The position numbers were made by a program, and so were the translations under genes. 64,000 nucleotides of DNA from an uncultured archaeon (GTDB lineage Archaea > Asgardarchaeota > Lokiarchaeia > Sigyniarchaeales > SOKP01), in contig CAZOYD010000003.1 of NCBI GenBank assembly GCA_964583985.1, positions 35,128 to 99,127 on the forward strand, in the 5' to 3' direction. Shown one piece after another: positions 41,447 through 50,828 of this stretch. Position 1 is the stretch's first letter. Every line of letters begins with the position of its first letter. Below the pieces are notes generated by a model that was given only the letters and a program-made list of their open reading frames with translations, was not told the DNA's origin and made no database searches.

Positions 41447-41710
41447 TTAAAATCCGCCAGCTTGGGTTGCCATTACGGTGATTACATCTTTCTTTGGATG
41501 AATTCCTATTTTAGCGAACTTTAGCTGGTCGGGTAAGACTTTTCCTTTGAAGATAAACTGGATTGCCAAGATTGGGTTAAGTTTATACTCTCGTTGGACG
41601 GTCTTCTTAATATCTGCGATGCTTTGATTTGGATCGACTTCAATTAATTTGATTGCTTGATCTGGTGGAACTCCAGTAAGCCTAAATCTGTATTGAGACA
41701 CTTTTTTCAC
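41447..41710 (-). CDS. Ubiquitin-like (beta-grasp) protein with C-terminal Gly-Gly-Phe
   Basis: EVDPNQSIADIK...QFIFKGKVL ubiquitin-type pattern; ends TQAGGF*. Confidence 0.75.
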   Translation of the reverse strand: MKKVSQYRFRLTGVPPDQAIKLIEVDPNQSIADIKKTVQREYKLNPILAIQFIFKGKVLPDQLKFAKIGIHPKKDVITVMATQAGGF

Positions 41711-41854
41711 TTATTTCTTTACATTGTAAATTTAGTATTAAAAATATAATAACAAATTTTTTTTTTAAAGTCTTTGGTAGTTTTTCATACTAATTTTAAT
41801 ACTAAGTTTGAGTATATGTAAAAGTATATATATGCATATTTTTTTTAAATCATC

Positions 41855-43177
41855 ATGAGTGTTTTTCCAATTTCTTCCCGTTCAGTGGAGCAGATATTAG
41901 CAGATGCAGGAAAAATTAGTAGAAAAGACATGCGTATTCTATATTTATTACGTAATATAGGTCCACAAAAATTTACAACTGTTATTGAAAACTCTGGATT
42001 AAGTAGATCCACGGTTTCTAAATACTTACAATATCATCTAAGCCAAAATAATGTTGAAAAACGATTGTATATAAATCAATCACAGAATATACAAGAAACG
42101 AGGTATTTTATAACGGATCTAGGTATCGAAAAATTAGGGTCTGAGCTGTATCTAAATAAAGAAATTATCTTCTTTAACGAAGCAAGTGGAGTAGTTTCAA
42201 GATTAACAGGTCTAGTTAAATTTTACGTAAGTATTGGAGTTGCTGATTCAATCATCAACCAAATCATAAAAGTGATCTTGAATGTTGGTGAAAAGTACTT
42301 CGAATTAGAGCAAAATCATGACCTCTACCTTTCATTATTCTATATATATCTCAACTCGGTGCTTACGCGAGATTTTAAGTTTGAAATCAACGAATTTTGT
42401 AAGCATTATAATGTAAAAAAAATAAAAATAGATTATCATATCGATAAGATAATGTCCAACAAGCTAGGTTTTTACATGTTTAGTAGAGGAGATGACATCT
42501 TCTTTTTTCATGAGGAAGACATATTGGGAATAAATACCATGCAATTGATTAAAGATAGATTGACGACCGAAATTATACGAGTAAATTTAGATTCAAAAAA
42601 ACAATCCATTAATTTAGATTTAGACAAGCTCTCAGAGGATATTTCTTGTGAATTGATTAAACAAGACTATATTTGGGAAGCCATAAAAGAACCATTTGAA
42701 ATTTTAATTGAAAAAATGGTTATTAAGTTCGCATTGGATTTAGGGGTTCCCAAGACTTCATTATGGGACATGTCATTATTATCTGCCAAATTATCGAAAC
42801 CAGTAGGGGGAACTCTTTCAGTTATCAATATAATTGAAGGATCTAAGCGTTATGAGGATCTAAACCTGGTATCTATATCAGAACCGGAAGACTCTCTTTT
42901 AGATAATGTTTTGGGCGATATTGAGGGATTCTGCAGTAATTGTGGTAAAAGCATCTGGAAAAAGGATATAACCAACCCTTGTCCGAGATGCGGAATAAGT
43001 TTTGACGCGATTCAATTGACTAAAGATATTAATAAAGCAAGTGAAATAAGTGTAGAATATCGACAAAAATCTCTTGTAGAAGAACAGGAAATTGAATGTC
43101 CAAATCCAAATTGTACTTATCGAGTAAAGATAGGATGGGGCGAATGTCCTCAGTGTGGTACCTCCTTAAGATTTTAA
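41855..43177 (+). CDS. Winged-helix DNA-binding protein with C-terminal zinc ribbons
   Basis: SGLSRSTVSKYL HTH and YFITDLG wing; CSNC, CPRC, CPNPNC and CPQC. Confidence 0.7.
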   Translation: MSVFPISSRSVEQILADAGKISRKDMRILYLLRNIGPQKFTTVIENSGLSRSTVSKYLQYHLSQNNVEKRLYINQSQNIQETRYFITDLGIEKLGSELYLNKEIIFFNEASGVVSRLTGLVKFYVSIGVADSIINQIIKVILNVGEKYFELEQNHDLYLSLFYIYLNSVLTRDFKFEINEFCKHYNVKKIKIDYHIDKIMSNKLGFYMFSRGDDIFFFHEEDILGINTMQLIKDRLTTEIIRVNLDSKKQSINLDLDKLSEDISCELIKQDYIWEAIKEPFEILIEKMVIKFALDLGVPKTSLWDMSLLSAKLSKPVGGTLSVINIIEGSKRYEDLNLVSISEPEDSLLDNVLGDIEGFCSNCGKSIWKKDITNPCPRCGISFDAIQLTKDINKASEISVEYRQKSLVEEQEIECPNPNCTYRVKIGWGECPQCGTSLRF

Positions 43178-43277
43178 AGTACTTCTTTTATCAGTTTTTG
43201 GTGGAATTTAAATAAAAAAGTAAATAAAAATTTACGATTATAAATCCATTCCAACACAAACTGAACTCACTTTTAAA

Positions 43278-44822
43278 ATGGTTTCCAATTCACATTATGC
43301 AGTTAAGGAATTCACGGTTAATGATTTTATAAAACTGAGGCTGGAGTCTGATAGAACTAATATTTACGTAAAGAATAAAATATTTACGCAATGCATGTAT
43401 CTTCTATTAAACATTCCTGTAGATAATATTAGAAAGTACGATGATATTGATTCAATCGATGAAGCAGCAGAAAATTTAGATAGATCCATGGAAGGTGGTG
43501 GTAGAGGATTATATCATATAGATCCCGAGGAGGAATTTATGGGTCATTGCTCTAACATGCAAGCTTGGGCAGAAAATGATTATGATACAAGGATATTGCA
43601 TCGAAATCTAGCATTTCCTCTTTTGAAACGATTATCCGATGTTGGTGATATCTTAGCTAAAAACCGGATAAAAGAAGAAATTATTTTGAGATATGCAAGT
43701 GGTCATGAAACCGTGATGACTTTTTTGGCAGATAATGGATATCTTAAATACTTGAGTAGAGATGAGCTAGAATATTTATTAGATGACAATAAACTTCCAC
43801 TTATAAGCACTTTAGCGAGAAATTCGATTGACATTAAGCTTTCTTTAGAAATGGGCACCGTAAATCCTCAATTTATGAGATTAGTTAGAGAGATATCACG
43901 TTATATTGGATTTCACAATATTCCATTTATAGTCTCTCATCTAAATGAAGATCTTTCGGAAAAAGGTCAAGAGATGCTCGTAAAGTTCATATACGCTAAC
44001 TTTCGAAATCAAAAAGATTTCCCCTTAATTGAGTTTTTAAATAGCAATATCAAATATTTTCAAGATATTGATATGAATTCTATCACGTATGATGAAAAAA
44101 TAATCGGGTTTTTAGGGGGATCTATCTTAAATCTACGTGAAAAAGGGGTAAAAAATGTTAATGATATTAAACTACCCGAAGATGAGTACGTGAAAATCGA
44201 AGAAATTGATTTAAGTTATAATCTAATAAATCATTTGAATGGAATTCAAAGATTTAGTAATATTCGAAGATTAAAATTGAACAATAATAAAATCTCTAAT
44301 ATCGAAATGTTAAATAATTTAGAGCTCCTTCAAGATCTTTCTCTAAGAAATAACTTGATCTCTAACGCAGAAACCACGATCTCATTGCCTAATCTTGAAT
44401 TTTTAGATCTTTCTGGAAATCGAGAATTGACTAAAATTCCCGAATGGCTGAACAGCCTACCTGCATTAAAATCCGTAAAATTTATGAATTGTAATTTAAA
44501 AGAATTTTCGGATTCAACATCAAACTATTTTTGGATGAACCAAAATTATAGATTTTACTCTAATCATACGCTTGAGGAAATAGAATATTACGAGGCACAT
44601 TATAATAAAAAAGCGAAATCTAATAACCAATGTTATAAGCATTTTGTTGTTTGGCTTTTAAAGATGAAGCATCTTATGAAAAATCTTAAAATATCTTATG
44701 AAGATTTGCATAAATATGAAGAAATAACTGAAAAAAGGGGTATTTGGAGCGGTAAAGTAACAAATGATTTTTTAAAATGGTTAGATCTTAAAAATCAAAA
44801 GAAAATTACTGATTATTTATGA
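43278..44822 (+). CDS. Leucine-rich repeat protein with uncharacterised N-terminal domain
   Basis: LxxLxLxxNxI-type repeats (IDLSYNLI, LKLNNNKI, LSLRNNLI, LDLSGN). Confidence 0.8.
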   Translation: MVSNSHYAVKEFTVNDFIKLRLESDRTNIYVKNKIFTQCMYLLLNIPVDNIRKYDDIDSIDEAAENLDRSMEGGGRGLYHIDPEEEFMGHCSNMQAWAENDYDTRILHRNLAFPLLKRLSDVGDILAKNRIKEEIILRYASGHETVMTFLADNGYLKYLSRDELEYLLDDNKLPLISTLARNSIDIKLSLEMGTVNPQFMRLVREISRYIGFHNIPFIVSHLNEDLSEKGQEMLVKFIYANFRNQKDFPLIEFLNSNIKYFQDIDMNSITYDEKIIGFLGGSILNLREKGVKNVNDIKLPEDEYVKIEEIDLSYNLINHLNGIQRFSNIRRLKLNNNKISNIEMLNNLELLQDLSLRNNLISNAETTISLPNLEFLDLSGNRELTKIPEWLNSLPALKSVKFMNCNLKEFSDSTSNYFWMNQNYRFYSNHTLEEIEYYEAHYNKKAKSNNQCYKHFVVWLLKMKHLMKNLKISYEDLHKYEEITEKRGIWSGKVTNDFLKWLDLKNQKKITDYL

Positions 44823-44829
44823 TAATATC

Positions 44830-45774
44830 TCAAGACATCTGAAGCATCTTTTCTAATGGTAATATTGCTTTTTTAGCAATTTCAGGTGGAACCTTTACTT
44901 CGAACATTGGATCGTCTAAGTTCTCAAGTACATGTTTTATTAGTTCGAGAGTATGCTTTTTCATGTTATAACATATTAATTTGTCCCTTACAGGATAGAA
45001 TTGTTTTTTGGGAAAATCTTTAGCCATCCTTTGCAATAAACCTTCCTCCGTTCCAATAATAAATTTATCTTCTTCAATTTGCGAATTTTTAACCCGATTA
45101 TACATTTGGGCAGTAGAGCCCACAAAATCCGCCAAATCTCTAACCTCTCTGACGCATTCTGGGTGTACTAATACTAATCCCTTTGTGAACAATTCTCTTG
45201 ATCTTTTTAAATCCTCTACTGAAATTTGAGAATGGACGTAACAATGTCCATTTTCAGGCATCTTTATGCACCTTATATTTGATTTCTGTTCAGCATAATC
45301 ACCAAGATTGCTATCAGGTCCAAAGAGAACTGAATTTACATTAAACTCTTTTGCAATGCTTTTTACAATTTTTACTGCGTTTGAAGAAGTGCAACATACA
45401 TCAGAATCGGCTTTCACTTCAGCCGTGCTATTCACATATGTTACGACGGGTAAGCCGGGATATTTCTTTTTGTATTCTCTAACCATTTTAGCATCAAGAT
45501 AAGCTGCCATTGGACAACAAGATTCTGGATTTGGGAGTAGAACGTGTTTTTCTTGATTTAGAATCGATGCCGTTTCAGCCATAAAATCGACACCAGCAAA
45601 TATAATATAATCCGAATCTGTTTTTTCTTTAGCTATTCTTGATAATTCTAAAGAATCACCCAAAAAATCAGCTATATTTTGAATTTCAATAGATTGATAA
45701 TAATGAGCTAATATGGTTACATCTCTCTTTTTCTTCAAGACGCTAATTTCATTTAATAATTCACTATCTTTCAA
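44830..45774 (-). CDS. nadA: Quinolinate synthase
   Basis: LAHYYQ, GDSLELS, FMAETA, CPMA, YVNS.A.VKA, HPEC and C..MK motifs. Confidence 0.95.
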   Translation of the reverse strand: MKDSELLNEISVLKKKRDVTILAHYYQSIEIQNIADFLGDSLELSRIAKEKTDSDYIIFAGVDFMAETASILNQEKHVLLPNPESCCPMAAYLDAKMVREYKKKYPGLPVVTYVNSTAEVKADSDVCCTSSNAVKIVKSIAKEFNVNSVLFGPDSNLGDYAEQKSNIRCIKMPENGHCYVHSQISVEDLKRSRELFTKGLVLVHPECVREVRDLADFVGSTAQMYNRVKNSQIEEDKFIIGTEEGLLQRMAKDFPKKQFYPVRDKLICYNMKKHTLELIKHVLENLDDPMFEVKVPPEIAKKAILPLEKMLQMS

Positions 45775-45893
45775 AATAAAATCAAATCTTTCAGTTCTAC
45801 TAATTGTTTAGATATAAAATTCAAGAGCATATTACTTTTATGCTAAGGAAGATTTAATTAGAATTATAATTATTTTAAATAAGGTGAGGAATA

Positions 45894-47570
45894 TTGACCG
45901 AAAATCTACAATTTATGTTAAAACAAGTGTTCTATTATGTTAGTGCTTTTATAAATTCGGAAAAAGTCGATGGAAATCAAATTAGCGAAGAAATTGAAAA
46001 AGCAGTTAAAGAAAAGCTGAATAATTTATCAGATAAGGATATTTTCAGAAAAGATCTCAAGGATCGAATTGTTGAAATAGCGAAAAACACCATAATTGAT
46101 TGTTTATGGGTTCCCTATATAGAACAATTTCCCTATCAAGACGAAAATTCGGATAGAAAATTCAATACGCTGGGATATTTCCAATTTAATGTGGATCATT
46201 ATAAAGATAACCCCTTAGAAAAAGAAAAATTATCACCCATGCTCCTTCAACAGATTCCCTACTTGATCTTAGGTGTTTTAGTAGAACTATCTAAAAAGGA
46301 AGAATATAAATCTGTGTTTTTGGATCTTGAAAGCCCTCTTTACATATTTGCTACATCCAACGAAAGCAAACCCGTAAACATTCAATGGACATCAGAAAAT
46401 ATCGAAAAATATAAAAAAGTAATTTCCTATTGGACAGTGATATACTCTGGTCAGTGGGAAGATTATTCTGATGATCTTTATGATCGAAGAATTCAAAACA
46501 ATCTTTCTAATAGGCTTTCTGAGCTGCATTTTATTCATAGAAACTCTGGATTCATCTATATGGCAGAAGAAAACTATGAAAATTTTTTCGAATCTTATAT
46601 GATGAAATTTGTGATTGAACCTACTCCTAAAATGAGGGCAGTTCAATTTTCATTAAGATCTATTAATGAATCATTAGATCTCTTATTTTTAAAAACCCAA
46701 ACAGGTGTTTTTGAGAATTTAGACTATATTGAAGAAAAGATAAAGAATTTGCGATTATTACGTGGGCTGATACAGACTCGGCTAAGTATTATTTATAATG
46801 AACTTGATTATAATAGAAGAGAGCACTACACAACTGTACTAAAACATCTTTTAAACGAATTTGATATCAACGGAATTGTTGAAAGAATTAAAACTAAATT
46901 TGAAACAATTTATGAAGCGATTCAGGATTTATATCAAAAACAAAACGAACAAAATCAAAAGAGAACTGAAAAAGGGTTAAACCTTCTCAATCTACTCTTT
47001 GGAGCTGGAATTCTAGCCGACTTAGCGGGTGTCATAATGGTAGCTTTTACATTACAAGAAGGAGCTCTTCCAACAGTTTTATTGAATAGCATTATAGGTC
47101 TTATAATTATCATAATATTGGGTACAACTGTTAGTTATTACATATATTCTCGAATTATGATAAATAAAAAAAATATTCAGATAGCAGTAGATGCAATAAT
47201 TGATGATAAACAAGGAAATATCATATTAATAAAACGCAAGTATCCGCCATATAAAGATTACTACGCCTTACCTGGTGGTGCCGTGGAAAAAGGAGAGACT
47301 CAAAAACAAGCAGTCATAAGAGAAATCAAGGAAGAAACAAATTTAGATATAGAAATTGTTGACAAAATCGGAGTCTATGACAGACCAGGAAGAGATCCAA
47401 GGGGAGATGTTCACTCCACTGTCTATAAATGCCGTATTATAGGTGGAAAAGACAAAATTAAAAGTGGAGATGACAGTAAGGATGTATTCGTAATTTCTTT
47501 TAAAGAGTTGAAGAATATAAAATTAGCATTTGATCATAAGGAAATGCTCAAAGCTGCGGGTTATATCTAA
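45894..47570 (+). CDS. CorA-like cytoplasmic/2TM domain fused to an ADP-ribose pyrophosphatase-type Nudix hydrolase
   Basis: Long stalk-like helix and two TM helices, then Nudix box GGAVEKGETQKQAVIREIKEETNL, RDPRG and LAFDH. Confidence 0.7.
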   Translation: MTENLQFMLKQVFYYVSAFINSEKVDGNQISEEIEKAVKEKLNNLSDKDIFRKDLKDRIVEIAKNTIIDCLWVPYIEQFPYQDENSDRKFNTLGYFQFNVDHYKDNPLEKEKLSPMLLQQIPYLILGVLVELSKKEEYKSVFLDLESPLYIFATSNESKPVNIQWTSENIEKYKKVISYWTVIYSGQWEDYSDDLYDRRIQNNLSNRLSELHFIHRNSGFIYMAEENYENFFESYMMKFVIEPTPKMRAVQFSLRSINESLDLLFLKTQTGVFENLDYIEEKIKNLRLLRGLIQTRLSIIYNELDYNRREHYTTVLKHLLNEFDINGIVERIKTKFETIYEAIQDLYQKQNEQNQKRTEKGLNLLNLLFGAGILADLAGVIMVAFTLQEGALPTVLLNSIIGLIIIIILGTTVSYYIYSRIMINKKNIQIAVDAIIDDKQGNIILIKRKYPPYKDYYALPGGAVEKGETQKQAVIREIKEETNLDIEIVDKIGVYDRPGRDPRGDVHSTVYKCRIIGGKDKIKSGDDSKDVFVISFKELKNIKLAFDHKEMLKAAGYI

Positions 47571-47602
47571 TAACCTTTTATTTTTTTAATCAAGTTAAAT
47601 TT

Positions 47603-48157
47603 ATGAATAATGTGAAAAAAATGATAATACCTAGTCCAAGAAACGGAAAAGAACCTCAAATACATGAATCGGTATATATTGCACCTACCGCAGTAATAAT
47701 TGGAGATGTTACAATCGGAGAAGGATCCAATATTTGGTTTGGAGCGGTGCTCAGGGGTGATTGGGGAACGATCATAATTGGAAAAAATACAAGCATTCAA
47801 GAAAACGTTACGATCCATAATGAAGTTGGCTCTACTGTAGAAATAGGTGATGATTGTATTATTGGGCATCACGCAATGATTCATGGTCCTTGTAAGATTG
47901 GGAATGGGTGCTTGGTGGGAATCGGTTCAAATGTTTTGCATAGAACAAAAATGGGAGAGGGATCCATGATTGGTGCTGGAGCGGTTTTAGTGAATAAAGA
48001 AATTCCCCCCAGAATGTTAGCAGTTGGGGTTCCCGCAGAGATTAAAAAGGAACTCTCTCCAAATGGAAAACCTATTGGAATGCAATCATCTGGGATATAT
48101 GCTAAAAATGGTGCAATGTTCAAAAAGTTCTTTGAAGATCATCCAAACTTCTTATAA
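47603..48157 (+). CDS. Gamma-carbonic anhydrase family (hexapeptide repeat) protein
   Basis: IIGDVTIG, VLRGD, QENVTIH and IGHHAMIHG motifs. Confidence 0.9.
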   Translation: MNNVKKMIIPSPRNGKEPQIHESVYIAPTAVIIGDVTIGEGSNIWFGAVLRGDWGTIIIGKNTSIQENVTIHNEVGSTVEIGDDCIIGHHAMIHGPCKIGNGCLVGIGSNVLHRTKMGEGSMIGAGAVLVNKEIPPRMLAVGVPAEIKKELSPNGKPIGMQSSGIYAKNGAMFKKFFEDHPNFL

Positions 48158-48359
48158 TTTTTTTTCTATTTTTATGAAGAAGATTCCACTTACTTCTCTT
48201 GATAATATGTTGTTTAAAAAATTTTTAGGAAAAAAGATCATTAATTTTATTCATATCATCTTTCTAATAAATTTATAAACAAAAGTAATATATATAAGAA
48301 GTATAGAACAAGAAATCTTATATTTTAAAAAAAAATAAAAAAAATCGAGTTTAACGAAA

Positions 48360-48881
48360 ATGAACTTCCTAAAAACATTTATAATATCGTTAATAATCTA
48401 TTTAGGGCTAAATACCATCTTTATGCTGATCGCGATGTTCACCGTACCTGGTTATCCTGCCACTGACGCCATGTATCTCCTTGTTGCTGTTTTTGCTCCA
48501 ATATACACGTATCCTGGAGCTGCCTGGGTGGATTACGGCATAGTACCACTTCTCTCAACAACAAATCTGGTTACAGATCTAATGTACTTCCTTTCGTTAG
48601 TCGTACCACCTATAGTGACAATAATTGTAGCATCCTTCCTAGGTGAAAATAATCTCACTGGTTTTGGTTCTTGGTTTTTAACTGCCTTCCTCTCCAGTAT
48701 TTTATTTGGATTATTTATTGGTGTTGGACAAGGAACATCTGCCTATCTCTATCTCCAATGGGTAGCAATGACTGCAACACTTGGACTGGTTGGTACGATT
48801 TTAAACATAATGATGGCGGGAATCGTAAACGGGTTCTTCTACGGATGTATTTGTATACTGTTAGCAAAAAAGTTTTTATAA
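48360..48881 (+). CDS. Hypothetical integral membrane protein
   Basis: Four to five hydrophobic segments. Confidence 0.65.
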   Translation: MNFLKTFIISLIIYLGLNTIFMLIAMFTVPGYPATDAMYLLVAVFAPIYTYPGAAWVDYGIVPLLSTTNLVTDLMYFLSLVVPPIVTIIVASFLGENNLTGFGSWFLTAFLSSILFGLFIGVGQGTSAYLYLQWVAMTATLGLVGTILNIMMAGIVNGFFYGCICILLAKKFL

Positions 48882-48921
48882 CATAATTCAAAATACTACT
48901 CTTTTTTTTCCTTTTTATTTT

Positions 48922-49662
48922 TCACAATTTTATTGAACATGAGCAGTTTTCATTTTTAACTAAATCTATAGAATCAAAGGATAAATTTAATAAATTAACC
49001 ATCAATAATTTATTCTCTAAATTAGGTAATCCTAGCGTTGTTTTAATGACTTCTAATGCTTCTAAAGTACCTAAAATGCCTGGGGTGACTCCAATAACAG
49101 GTAGGGGGCCATCTTTACCTGAAAATTTTTCTGGTTCATTAAACACGCATTCATAACAAGCAGTTTTACGGGGTATAATCGTCATGATTTGACCATAGAA
49201 ATCTTTAATACCCGAAATAATGCATTTCATGTCATATTCAATGGCAGTTCGATTAACTAAGAATTTAGTTGCTGAACTATCGCTGCAATCAACGATGAAA
49301 TCTTGACCGTCAACATACTTCTTGATAGTTTTATCATCAATATGGTCTTTATGAACCTTGATATAAACGTCCGAGTTGAGTTTTGAAAGGGTCTTCTTAG
49401 CCATCATAACCTTATCTTTGGCAACTTGGTGTTCATTGTAGAGAATTTGACGTTGTAAATTAGAGATTGAAACTGTATCGTTATCAATAATAGTTAACTC
49501 TTTTATCCCTGAAGCTACAACATAAAGAGAAAAGGGAGAACCTAATCCCCCCACTCCAATTTGCAGAACTCTCACTTTTGATAGCTTTTCTTGCCCTTGT
49601 TCACCAATTGAAGGAGAAATTATTTGTCTGGAATATCGTTCTTTTTGTTCATTTGTCAACAT
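48922..49662 (-). CDS. ThiF/MoeB/HesA-family E1-like adenylyltransferase
   Basis: RYSRQI, GVGGLGS, DNDTV.ISNLQRQ, DCSD and CYEC motifs. Likely start is ATG 49662. Confidence 0.9.
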   Translation of the reverse strand: MLTNEQKERYSRQIISPSIGEQGQEKLSKVRVLQIGVGGLGSPFSLYVVASGIKELTIIDNDTVSISNLQRQILYNEHQVAKDKVMMAKKTLSKLNSDVYIKVHKDHIDDKTIKKYVDGQDFIVDCSDSSATKFLVNRTAIEYDMKCIISGIKDFYGQIMTIIPRKTACYECVFNEPEKFSGKDGPLPVIGVTPGILGTLEALEVIKTTLGLPNLENKLLMVNLLNLSFDSIDLVKNENCSCSIKL

Positions 49663-50041
49663 TTTTATCACTCTTAATTATTTCTTGGATGACGTTAAGA
49701 GATTCCTCGATTTCAATTAATGTAATGCCTAAATCTATGTTATACTCGATTAATGCAACCAAAATCACTTGATTAGTTGCTTCCATTGCTACTAATTGAT
49801 AGTCATCATATTCTACAGTAATATTAATTATTTCTTCATGTAATTCTTCTATACCAGTTTCCATTGCTTCATACATTGTTGCTGATAAAGCACCTATTTT
49901 TTTCTCATTAATAGTCCGTGGCACTTGGGAAGTAATCGTAAGACCATTTCTATTGACTAACACGGTTCCAATAACACCTAAAACCGACTCAAGTTTGCTA
50001 AGCTCTTTTGACAGTTGTCCAATTTGTATGGAATCCATCAA
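49649..50041 (-). CDS. Roadblock/LC7 domain protein
   Basis: GVIGTVLVNRNGLTITS...IGALSA...DLGITLIEI roadblock pattern. Confidence 0.85.
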   Translation of the reverse strand: MMDSIQIGQLSKELSKLESVLGVIGTVLVNRNGLTITSQVPRTINEKKIGALSATMYEAMETGIEELHEEIINITVEYDDYQLVAMEATNQVILVALIEYNIDLGITLIEIEESLNVIQEIIKSDKNVDK

Positions 50042-50166
50042 CGTTCATTATTCTCATGGAATTAATTTGAACTAATATGATATAAGAAATATAGCTAATT
50101 TGAAATATAAAATATGTGGTAATAAGAGATAAGGTTTTTCGATTATTATAAAACCTTAGAAATAGA

Positions 50167-50367
50167 TTATCGATAGAATCCTTTATTGCCATTAAAAGGT
50201 CTGTATCGATTACGCCATGATGGCTGTCTTAATTTTGCGGTTCTACCAAAACCACAACTGGCACAATATCGCTTACGCCGATGATAGGAATGCTTTCCGC
50301 ATCGTCTGCAAGTTTTATGACTACTTGCTTTATTTTTCTTTCCCTTGCTTGGAGTTCCTTTACCCAT
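50167..50367 (-). CDS. rpl37e: 50S ribosomal protein L37e
   Basis: MGKGTPS, CRRCG..SYH and CASCGFG motifs. Confidence 0.95.
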   Translation of the reverse strand: MGKGTPSKGKKNKASSHKTCRRCGKHSYHRRKRYCASCGFGRTAKLRQPSWRNRYRPFNGNKGFYR

Positions 50368-50387
50368 ATTATCACCCTAAGAATCTT

Positions 50388-50696
50388 TTAGTCTCCTTCA
50401 AATTCTTCTCTGTACATCAATTTATCTTCGCTATTTTCTTGAAATATTAATTTTTCTCGATCCTGTCCGATAAAGATCACTGAAGCACCGCGTATCATGA
50501 CCGTCCCTAAATCCTTGCTTCTCTTCCCTCCACGACCGAAATAAATCTCTTTCGCATCGTCAACTATTAAATTCATGTAATTATCGAATTTAACAAGTTT
50601 TCCCGTCAGATAGGTATTCCAGATTTTTAATTTAATTCGTACTTCTGGCTTTAAAATTGCTTTACTTAGAGTTCTTGAAATTGTATGTTGCGACAT
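50388..50696 (-). CDS. Sm/Lsm-family RNA-binding protein
   Basis: Sm1 motif GKLVKFDNYMNL and Sm2 motif IRG. Sits upstream of rpl37e, the usual archaeal arrangement. Confidence 0.85.
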   Translation of the reverse strand: MSQHTISRTLSKAILKPEVRIKLKIWNTYLTGKLVKFDNYMNLIVDDAKEIYFGRGGKRSKDLGTVMIRGASVIFIGQDREKLIFQENSEDKLMYREEFEGD

Positions 50697-50828
50697 GGTA
50701 AGAAATCACGTAGATTCTCAATAATAATAGATAGAAATGTATTGAAAATATAAATATTTTTTTATTCTTGAAGATTTAATTTGTCACTAATAATAAAGTG
50801 TGCAATTAATTTTCCATGGGAGCAAATT

